Source of the DNA: the human T2T-CHM13v2.0 reference genome, Homo sapiens
Direction: 5' to 3' (one strand)
DNA length: 64,000 nucleotides
Assembly (NCBI RefSeq): GCF_009914755.1
Contig: NC_060925.1
Shown: one piece after another, positions 42,379 to 64,000 of the stretch
Layout: every line of letters begins with the position of its first letter
Numbering within the stretch: position 1 is the stretch's first letter
The notes under the pieces: model-generated
What the model was told of the DNA's origin: nothing
Databases searched by the model: none
The model's input: only the letters and a program-made list of their open reading frames with translations
Position numbers and translations under genes: made by a program

Positions 42379-42445
42379 TTTTGAGTTCACAGGTGCCCCT
42401 TCGAGACGCGGGCCGGGCTGGGCCCACTTGGGCCGGACGTCAGCC

Positions 42446-50973
<8,528 letters not shown>

Positions 50974-51175
50974 CTACCGGAAACGACTGTGTACTTACAG
51001 AGGCTGTGCGCATGACGCTGCGTTATGGTTCGCGAGTTTTCCGCGGCGCGCAATGCGAGGGAGACGAGATTATGTAAATGAGTGGATTCTGGCTGAGCTA
51101 TCCTATTGGCTATCGGGACAAAATTTGCTTGAGCCAATCAAAGTGCTCCGTGGACAATCGCCGTTCTGTCTATAA

Positions 51176-51646
<471 letters not shown>

Positions 51647-51713
51647 GGCTGACGTCCGGCCCAAGTGGGCCCAGCCCGGCCCGCGTCTCGAAGGGGCACC
51701 TGTGAACTCAAAA

Positions 51714-51755
51714 GGCTCTTTTCAGAGCCACCCACGTTTTCAAATAAAAGAGTTG
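51714..51755 (+). terminator. Stem-loop (51714-51729), AATAAA (51743-51748) and overlapping HDE AAAGAGTTG
   Basis: Read directly. Confidence 0.95.
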
Positions 51756-52636
51756 TTAATGCTGGCCACTCTCAGTCCAGCGTTCCTCAGTAGTGAATAG
51801 CGAACCTGGAGCTGACGGGACGGGACGGGACGGGGCGGGGCGGGGCGGGGCGGGGCGGGGTGTGTGTGTGTGCGCGCCGTCTTCCATCTGGAGCACGTAA
51901 CTGCCTTGGCTCTTCGATGAGTGGGTCCCCAGTCCTAGGACTTCCCAGGGCAGGTGCAGGCACCAAACGTCCTGGGCGCCGCCACGGTCCGCTCCACACA
52001 GTCACAAACACCAGCGCCGCGGGCAGTACCCAACGCGCTGAAGTGTTGCGCGCGGAGCGCGCGCTTCCCTAGTGGTTTCCGCAGGCTATGGCCGGACACT
52101 TAGACCTAGTCTGGCACCAGCGGGACGTGCTCCTCGTCCCCACCCCCGATGGGGAGGGCCCTGAGCGGGTAGTGCTCGCTAGTGTGGCGGAGCTGGGTCT
52201 TGGCTTCACTGAGCTGACTTAAGTCTTAGTTTCTGTTTTGTTTTCCAAAGCGCCCTGGCGGCGGAGAGTAAGGGCCTCGGAGGCGGAATCTTGCGTCCTG
52301 GGGGCGGGCACCTCTCCCACCCAAAAGGCACCCGACAGGCGAAAAACGATCCGCCAAGTAGCAACTGGGGGCGGGGGGCAAATGGAAGAATGAGGTTCCA
52401 CGCGGGAGCTGTAGGGCGCAGCAAGAAAGGGGGGGTATTGCGGGCAGTGTGTTCTAAGGAAGCGAAGGGCGGAAAGGGAACAATCTGACAAAGCTGCAAT
52501 GGAAAATGACTTTCACCCTGAAGGAAAGGGGAAAAACAAGCTTGCGAAACTTCGCCAACTGGTAAGTAGAAAGTGAGGCGGGGTGGGCGGGATTAGGGAG
52601 GAATCTGCCCAAGCCAACCGGTGACTTTAGGACGGG

Positions 52637-53200
<564 letters not shown>

Positions 53201-53239
53201 GAAGTGGCGGTTCGGCCGGAGGTTCCATCGTATCCAAAA

Positions 53240-53283
53240 GGCTCTTTTCAGAGCCACCCACATCAGCACTTGGAAGAAGCTGT
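53240..53283 (+). terminator. Stem-loop (53240-53255) and HDE of H3C15
   Basis: GGCTCTTTTCAGAGCCACCCA...GGAAGAAGCTGT. Confidence 0.95.
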
Positions 53284-55092
53284 ACCGCTTGCCCTCCGTG
53301 CTCCTCCGGCATTAGAGCGGGGAAGGCACTTCCGCTTAGGCTCCCAACAAAACGGGGTCGGGTCCCCCTGCTGCGGTGCCGTCTTGAGCTTTGCCGACTT
53401 CGGCCAATTGGCCTATCCGCACTGGCCGGGCTGCGGACGCTTTCCTGGGCGCCGGCTCGCGGGCTTTGGCGGTCCGGCTCCCCCCGCGCGTGACCGGGGC
53501 CCTGCGTGGCGGGGGGGCCGGGGCAGGAGAGACGGGGCGTCGGGCACGAGGCCAGGGGTCACTAGGGGGACGCTCAGGGCTCGCGGTCCTGAGCGCGGCT
53601 GGCCTTTGCGGAAGTGGAGCGCCACACGCCCGTGCTTCGCGCCCAAACCGGCCTCACCCGGCGCGGCCATCCGGCTAGGGAGGGAAATGACCACCTCGGC
53701 CTCGCCGGGGTTCTGCGGACAAACGTGGGGAGAACTGCGCTGGGGCTGCCGTTCAGTCCCCGCGCCACCTCCACTAGCACAGTGGTAACCCCCATATCCT
53801 GCCCCTAAGCCAAAATTCCCGGGGGCACGGGGTGTGGGCGGAATTTTGTGAATCTGGGCTTTATCGAGCCGTTCCCTGTCCATGTCCACAGAAGGAGATT
53901 CACTATTCCAGTGAAGGCACTCGGTCCTCTTAGAAGCTGCATGGTATGTCTGGATTTTCTGTCCAGACTCAGTAGTTCCTTTACGTTGTTTTCGTCGGAC
54001 ATGTGGGCAGACGCTGGTGCCCGAGTTCAGATCCTTGGGAAGACAGTAGATCAGACAGGAAGAACGTGGGCCTCCGTTGGGCAAATGAAGCTCTTCGCCT
54101 TAGGAAATCGTGACAGGAGGCCACAGAGGTGATCTCTACAGTCTCTGGGAGCTGGGAAGTCCAAGGCCTCTTAGTGGGAAAGTGAGGCAGGGTCTTGCAG
54201 AGCCCACTCTACACACGGCCAGATACAAATGGCTGTAGAGGTCTTAGATAACACCTTCTCGGTCATTTATTTGCACCTCAGAAGAAGCCAGGGCTTCGGT
54301 TTTCTGTTTGTTTCATCACAGTTGACAGGTTAAAAGCATTCACTGCAGCGATCTATGAGAATTAAGAGGGGAGAAGGGGAAATGGAATAAAACTTCGTTT
54401 TGTAAAGCTGCCATTTTGCCTTTCCTGAGGCGTGTTAAGCGAGGAGAGCAGCGTAGGTGAGCTCTGCTGGGGACTGCCACATGTTTCTGCTCCAGGGTCA
54501 CAGCAATTTCTAGAGCATGCCTCTGGGTCTCTGCCGAGACCCTCGTAACCTGCTTAGGCCCACAATGTATGGGCGGTATTCTGACTTCAAAAAGTAGTGA
54601 CTTTCAGAGGTGGGTGGGTCACTATCTCTGCACCCAGCTTCTCAGGCCCAGTAGTAACTGAGCAGAGACTGGAACCTGGGGATGTTGGTGTCAGACATCT
54701 AGGTCCTCTGACTGCCCCCACAAGGTCACACTCCTTTTACTCACCAGTCTGGGTACCTCTAAACTCCAGGAGGTCTCCCTGGCTGAATCTCAAAAGGAAA
54801 ATTTCGTGGCATTTTTTATATCCAGTCAGGAATAGAATTCATTACATCTTGTGGTCCTGGCACTGTGAAGGCCTGCACTCACAGGAATCTGTCAGTCTTC
54901 GTATTTGTTTGCGAGACCAGCATAAGCTGAATTCATCAATACAAGATAACATTCTAAAATGTTAAGTTTTAACATTTAATCATTCCCTGTACTTAAATCA
55001 TTGTCTACCCTCAGGTGAGAGTTAAAGGATAATTAAGGATAGGGTAAAGAAATACTCTTCCTCTGACTAGGCATTGTGGCTCACAGCTGTTA

Positions 55093-55417
<325 letters not shown>

Positions 55418-55517
55418 CTACCTTGGTTGCCAGTAAGTCCACTCTGAATCTGTGGCTTTTATGAAGTGAAAAACGTGCTTTGTTCACATTTAATTCTGCC
55501 TTAGGCTAGTGGGGGAC

Positions 55518-55567
<50 letters not shown>

Positions 55568-55870
55568 AGAGGGAAACTACGTGGTAAGAGACATGGCCAC
55601 GTTTACACTGATTTTTCTTCCTTAGAAGAGGACTTGTCCCCTGGGTCCACTCTCCTGGTCACCCTTATCCTTCTCTAGGTCCCCATCTCAGTCTTCTCAT
55701 GTCTTTCTCTTCCCCATCAATATTCCTGGTTTCCCCCATGCTGGCCTTGGCCATCTTCTTTTCTCCCTGCAACTCAAGTGAGATTGATTGCCTGCTTTCA
55801 CTATTTCTGTCCCTTAGCTAAGCGCTCCCAAATTGCTATCTTCTGCTGAGACCCTATCCTGAGCTCTACA

Positions 55871-55934
<64 letters not shown>

Positions 55935-56098
55935 GGGAGATAGAGAGAGAAAGAGAAACAGGGTCTCACTCGTCCAGGCTGGAGTGCAGTAGCACAATCA
56001 AAGCTCACTGCAACCTTGGACTCCTGGGTTCAGGGGTCCTCCCACCTCAGCCATCTGAGTAGCTGGGACTACGGGCACACACCACCAGGCCCAGCTAA

Positions 56099-56245
<147 letters not shown>

Positions 56246-56563
56246 TAACTGCCTGGTAGACAGGTCCTTCTGGATGGATACTAGGCACTTCAAACCCAGC
56301 TTATTTCCAAAACCACATGCCTCATCTTGCTTTCCAAGCCCATTTGTTTCTTTCCACATTCCCCATCTTCCTGGAAGACACCTTCATTAGCCCCATCTGT
56401 TCTGGTTGGGTGTCCCTTCCTCTTGTCCTCTGTCCAAATCTCATGAGTTCCAAATATTACTAAATCTGTCTTCTGACTTTCAATTGTATCACCTTTTCTC
56501 CGTCCACCCATGACCATGCCTTAACTGAAGTCCTCGCCAGCTCTGGTCTAGTAGATTACATAG

Positions 56564-56896
<333 letters not shown>

Positions 56897-57548
56897 TAAA
56901 AACTGAGGGTTTTTTGTTGGTTGGTTGGTTGGTTGGTGTTGCTGTTTTGAGCCTGTCACTTTCATGCTTAAAAATTTTCCACGACCTTCCCATTCCCTTC
57001 AGAATGAAGTTCACATTCTTTTGCATGGCAGTTCAGAGCACCGGAGGTTAATTACTAGGAAGGACTCTGGAGTTAGACAAACCCAAGTTTGATTCCTAGC
57101 CTTGTCCATGTAAACAGGTGCATGACTTCAGGAAGCAAATCTCAACAGGTTTAACTTTTCCCATTTGTAAAACAACGAGTAACTTGCTCGTTGTTTTGTT
57201 GGAAATCATGAAAGTGACAATTTCTGTAAATTGCGGTGCTCATGCCTGTAATCCCAGCGACTCAGGAGGCTGAGGCAAGAGGATTGCTTGAGGCCAGAAG
57301 TTCGAGGCTGTGGTGAGCTGTGACTGTGCCACTGCACTTCAGCCTCGGCAACAGCAGTGAGACCCCATGTCTAAAAAAACAAAGGACCTAGCACAGTAGT
57401 AGCACAGTATCTGGTCCAGAACAAGCACCCAATTAATTTGTGCTACTCTATTAATAGTTACTAATTTAAAAAAAAACTGAAAATATTATACATCTAGTTC
57501 TTTATGTTTCCCACAGCCTTCCCAGGTTTCAGATGTTCTTGCAGCTGA

Positions 57549-58022
<474 letters not shown>

Positions 58023-58541
58023 TAGGCATGAACCACAGTGCCCGGCTCCCTTGCTCTTCTTTGCCCTCATCTCTTTGGGCCCTCCTCCTTGCCTCTGCCC
58101 TCTCCTATCTTAATACCCCTTCCCTTCCTTAACCTCAGCATTAGGCTGGCAACATTTCTCAGGGTAAGGATTTGTCTTTGTTTATTTCCATAGTAGCAGC
58201 AGTACCCAAGCAACGCCTGGTCACAGTAAGTCGAGTGAAACCATCTCTCAAAAAAACAAAACAAAACAAAACAAAAAACGAACTACATTGAGTGGGAAAG
58301 GCAATAAATATATCACCTTTGGTTTCTGTATCACTTCATGGCCTCATTCTTCTTTCACACAGAACTTTTCATTTGATCCTTAAAATAATCCTGTGAAAAA
58401 GGCAGGAATTCTCAGTAATTGGCCGGGCACCGTGGCTCATGCCAAAGAAAAAGAGGCCAGGCGCGGTGGCTCACGCCTGTAATCCCAGCATTTTGGGAGG
58501 CCGAGGAGGGTGGATCACCTAAAGCCAGGAGTTCGAGATCA

Positions 58542-58859
<318 letters not shown>

Positions 58860-60888
58860 TTACCTGCATCAGTGGCTTTCAACCTTTAATGTGTATCGGG
58901 AGGGCTTTTTTAAAGCACCGATTACTATGTCTCACCCCTCAGTTTCTCATTCAGTAGGTCTGGCATGGGTCCCAAGATTTTATCCGAGGTGATCAGTGCT
59001 GCTAGATGAGAGGCTACACTTTGAGAACCACTAATTCAGACAATGGACGTGTTTTCTCCCCCACTCCCTTTCTGCTTTATCTTCAAATTTTTGATCTCCT
59101 TCTTTAGTGGATCTTGGTGCGGATCAGATATATTCATCAGCATTGCCTTTAAAGTTAAAAACAATCAGTGATATTCGAAATAGCAATGCTGGAAATCACA
59201 GGTCAGATTTAAAAGGGAAAAGGAAACATCTTGAGCATTAAAACCTCTATTTCTCACCTGGACATCTTCACAAATGTTATTCTTGCCACTTCCTCCCTGC
59301 CCTCGCCCCCTTTACTATGTATCTCAGTAGGACGCCAATCATTCTGCTCTTTATTCAGAGTCCGACACAAGCCCCCACGTCCATAGCCAAGTTTTCCCCG
59401 GTTTCCCAGCAGCCAGTGACTTCTGTAGCATTAGGATTCTTATAGTAGTTATTGTCTACATTTCTCAGCAGATTGAATATGTACTGCCTCTTACTACTGG
59501 ACTGTTTATTCTTAAATGTGTACAGTATGGATTTATGTCGTCTATATATTATGCATTTATTTGTCTTCTTCGTTGTGATGGTAAGCTCCTGGAGGGCAAG
59601 TCTTGCATCCACTGCTTTGCTGGCAACCCGACTGGTAAGCTTCTGGAAGGCAAGGCTTGCATCCAGTGCTTTGCTGGCAACCCGATTGCTAAGTACCGTG
59701 TTTTAAGCTTAGTTCAGTCTCAAGTGTTTGCAGCCACATCTGAAGACCAATAAAGCAACTGCTGGTTTATCCTTTGGGAGCTGACAGAATTTCTTCTCCC
59801 AAATACATACACAGTAAAATCATAAGCCTGGAATGAAGAAAAAAAAAATCTTACGGGCAATGCAATGGCTGCAAAACTATAAGGATTAGAAATGTGAACC
59901 CACATTTTAATCCAAATTAGGGCAATTTAGAGGTGGTAGCGTAAAGAATAGCTTGCTGTAATATACGCCATGCTGATACAGAATTGGCTTTTGGCCTTGT
60001 CAAAATTAAATTGTGCTTTCTGTATTGATGGTGGGCATGTTTCTGCAGGTCTCTCATTCTAAGCTACAACAGGCCCTAAGAGGTAGAAGTCACATACCTG
60101 AATTACCTGTGAAGTTGCTTTCAGATCATATCGTTGGTTCACTCTTACAGAAGGATCACTTTAAAATATCTCTGCATTTGTATCCTTGCAATGCCACAAC
60201 TAAAAGACAGTTATCTCATAGGTCCTTGATTAAATTAGGAGGCTTTTTATTGAACACAAGAAATGATACTTTTCAGGCACTGGGCAGATAACTTGCTAGA
60301 AAGGCATTTTTTAACTGTGCTAAGATTGAGCTGAGTGCGTGGCTGGAGACACCACACAACACGGACCCTTGCTAAGGCATCTAGTCCACCCGCTTGTTAT
60401 GTAGAGGGTGAAATGAAGCCCAAAACAGTCAATCGTGAACTCTAAGCCGATCAGGTGGGAAAGCCGGCATCTCTAGAATGAAAACCTAAGGCTGCTTCTC
60501 CCACTTTGCCTGAGCAAATATAGTGAGATTACACAGCAAGGCATGTGTAAATTGCCAGTGCCTATTTCTCAGAACCAGATTTGGTGATCGCAAAGACTGA
60601 CGTGGCCCTCTAGGTGTGCCTATACTGCACCAGAAGAGCAAGCCGAGAAAGCAGTGCTCAAACCTAGAGCATTCAACCTTTCATACCGATAAAGGCTTTA
60701 AAAAAAAAAAAAAAAAAAAAAAAAGCCCAGGTAAGTGAAAAAGCCGCTTTCGGTCAACGACTTAAGTCTTTACGGCTGTGAGCGCTATGGGCCGCGGTAG
60801 CTTTCCGTTAACTTCAGATCCGATTGTCGCCCCACTGCCAAAGTTACCTTCCAACATCGTTACTGTTGCACTTTACGCAGTCAAGTGT

Positions 60889-60930
60889 CCAACTCCTCAG
60901 ATGAGCAAGTGGTCGGCCCTAAAAAGGGCC
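60889..60930 (-). terminator. Stem-loop (60915-60930) and HDE of H4C15
   Basis: Mirror of 33173-33214. Confidence 0.92.
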
Positions 60931-60965
60931 TTTGGGATCGAAACGTGCAAAGCTGGAGCGGCGGC

Positions 60966-61420
<455 letters not shown>

Positions 61421-64000
61421 TTTCTTTTCTGTTTTCCTCTCCCTCCTCCTCCACTCTGCTCAGGTCCCTCTCACTCTTTTTTTTTTTTAACCGCTACGCC
61501 ACAGTCCCCGGGAGAATTCAGATCCCAACCGGGGCTTCCGGATTCTGTAGTGGCTTTGGCCTGTGTCTGGTCTGAGGACGCCCGGAAGGCATTGCACTGA
61601 GGCTAAGGGAAAGGTCTCTGGAGGGAGCCTCAGGAAGAGCAAATGGAGGCCAGAGACTGGCAGGAGCGCGCCAGCGCAGGATTTAATCCCGACGAGCGGA
61701 TTCAGAGCCGTGCTTATATAAAGCTTCAGGAAGCGCCGTTCCGACGATGAGGTCGACACGCGAGAGGCGACCTCAAGAGCGGCGGCGCCAGGGATCTGTG
61801 CGCCAAGGGAGGACGGGAGGGAGCAGGTTCGCCATAATTCCTGGCTCCAGGCTCTGTTTTGTTGGACCGAGCCACTGTATTTTAGCTCACACAGGAGAAT
61901 TCTGGCCCTGGGAAAATTGGTCTCAGCATGCTGCCAAGCTTTCTCATGGACGTCAGCGAATCCCAACACACTGTCGGTCAAAGCCGTGCTGGAAGAAACA
62001 AAACAGTTCTCCCTCGGTAGAACTGAGAGGGGATTGGTCCAGGGCCCCCGCCGATACCAAAATCCAGGTTGCTCAAGTCTCTCATAGAAAGTGGCGTAGT
62101 ATTTGCACATAACTATGCACATCCTCCCGTGTACTTTAAATAGTCTCTAAATTACTTCGTAACACCTAATCCAGTGTAAATGCTATGTAAGTAATTGTTA
62201 TACTGTTTTTATTTTTACTATCTTTTGTTGTACTTTTTTTTAAAAAAGAAATTCATTTGTTTAATATTTTCGGTCTTGGGGAACCCGCGTATATGGAGGG
62301 CCTGCTACATAGAGAAGACTGAGGGATATTCTGTGCATCCGTTTCTACGGATCCTCTAAATCGGCCTTTGTTTTCAGCCAGGATTTAGTGCCCAGCTGTG
62401 TCCTTTGGAGGCCCCACATGGAGCTAGCAAAGTTTGCTAAATCGGGTTTTGCAAGAGGACTGTCTGCTCCATACTGGGAGTAGTTACCGCAAACTGCCCT
62501 ATGAAATTGGTTGGGGTTCTTACTGTTAGCATGTTTATTACTTTATCAGGGCTCTCTGTAGGAGAGTCTATGAGAAAATCTTCTGGTTTCTGCTGAAAGA
62601 ATCGTGTTTTGTTGGGGTTTTTTTCCCGAAAAATATTATTTTTAAAAACTCTTCTGTGCCCTGTTTAATCTCTCCCTTGGATCCACCTTCTGTGTGCTCA
62701 TAAATCGTAAATCTGTATTCAGACTTCTGGACTCGAGACACGTAGATCCACCTGGTGGTTCTTCAGTCATTTTAAGCCCAAAACTCAAAATCTCCCGAAA
62801 TCAAAATGTTTAAACTTATAATCTCCAGGGTGTGACTCACGGGGGATGAGGGGAGCAATTCTCTCCCTCCCCGCATAAAGCTGGTTCTCCTGTCTGCTCA
62901 TTGAACGGTTCCACTGCGCATCACAGCATCTACATGCCTAAACCAACACCCCAGCATTGGCAACAGATATCTTCCTCTCCCTTGGCTGCTTCAGGACAGG
63001 GAAGAAACATGCTTGCCCTTTTCTGACTCTTTAGTAACTCTGGCCGAATCTATCACATTATTTTACATCTCTTTACATCTTACTACTCCCCCATCTTGGC
63101 TGTGTGTTCCCTACTGGCAGTGATTTTTGTTTATTCATTTTTGTAAACTGACACTTAGTTCAGTGTCCAATATAAGCTCAACAATAGTTTATAAAAGGAA
63201 AAGTTCCTGCCTTTGATTGCTTTTAAACACTATTAGAAAAGACATAACCAAATTGCAACATGATAAAACAACCGCAAAACAAGGCTGAGAGAAGTGGTGA
63301 TTTCTGGTGTCAGAGGGCACAGGACCCTGGGCAGAATCAGAGATACGGTGTCTGTGCAGTTCCCTTTTTAAGGGGATCAGGACATGCTACCTCCAAATGT
63401 GCCAGTTTCGACTTAAGAATTATTTTCAGCTGAAACAAACAGCTAAAATCCCTTACCTGTTTAATAGCAGATCCTCCTCGCAAATCTCAAATTTTTAACT
63501 CAGTTGTCATAAATCTTCTTCAGCACTAGAAGCAAATCTAACCTCGGAGATGAGAAGTGGTCACCACACCCAAATAGACATTGTCACAAGACTCGAATCT
63601 TCCATCTATTCTAAGGGCCCATTTATCTTTTCAAAAGTCATTTGGTTTTCCATATGTCCTTTACTCCTCCTCCTTTTCCCCTGCTGCTAGGTAGATCCCA
63701 AATTCTAACCACTCCTTTGAGTTACTCATCACAGAGTGCTCCCATGTATACACTTTTTTTTTTTTTGTTTGACTCAGGGTCTTACTCTGTCACCCAGGCT
63801 GGAGTGCAGTGGTGCAATCTCAGTTTAAACCCCCAAGTCTGTGGTATTTTGTTATAGTCCCCCTAGAAATTAATACAGGATTCATGGTCTGCCAAAGTCT
63901 CATTCCCTGCTCAGACCGACAATGGATAGTGGGATCCTTTGTGATATGTGCTCTGTGAGTTAGAAGTAGTAACTTAGAGCTGTTGAGGACAATACCTTTG

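Overview
Primate (almost certainly human) genomic DNA, rich in Alu, MIR, L2 and LTR repeats. I recognise it as the minor replication-dependent histone cluster HIST2 at 1q21.2. It holds eight intact intronless histone genes: H2BC18, H3C13, H4C14, H3C14, H2AC18, H2AC19, H3C15 and H4C15. It also holds two frameshifted H2B pseudogenes, H2BC19P and H2BC20P. Every one has a 16-nt 3' stem-loop. The right half is a near-perfect palindrome, with arms at 30103-43651 and 50441-64000 (the right arm runs off the window) around a 6.8-kb unique spacer. The cluster and its inverted duplication are already known, and I found no wholly new gene system. Four sequence-level observations deserve follow-up. (1) Two homologous H2A/H2B bidirectional promoters have decayed reciprocally: H2BC18 kept H2B and carries a ghost H2A promoter with no gene, while the palindrome kept H2A and lost the H2B TATA/octamer and reading frame. 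(2) Arm identity ends exactly at the pseudogene stem-loops. The two copies therefore have different U7 elements, and canonical processing would give non-stop mRNAs. (3) Splice donors overlapping stop codons, and poly(A) signals overlapping or following U7 elements, could bypass histone 3' processing. (4) A third, Alu-disrupted relic of H4-upstream sequence lies at 17.1-17.6 kb. Gene symbols for identical paralogues come from recalled gene order. Repeat family names are by-eye calls with approximate ends.
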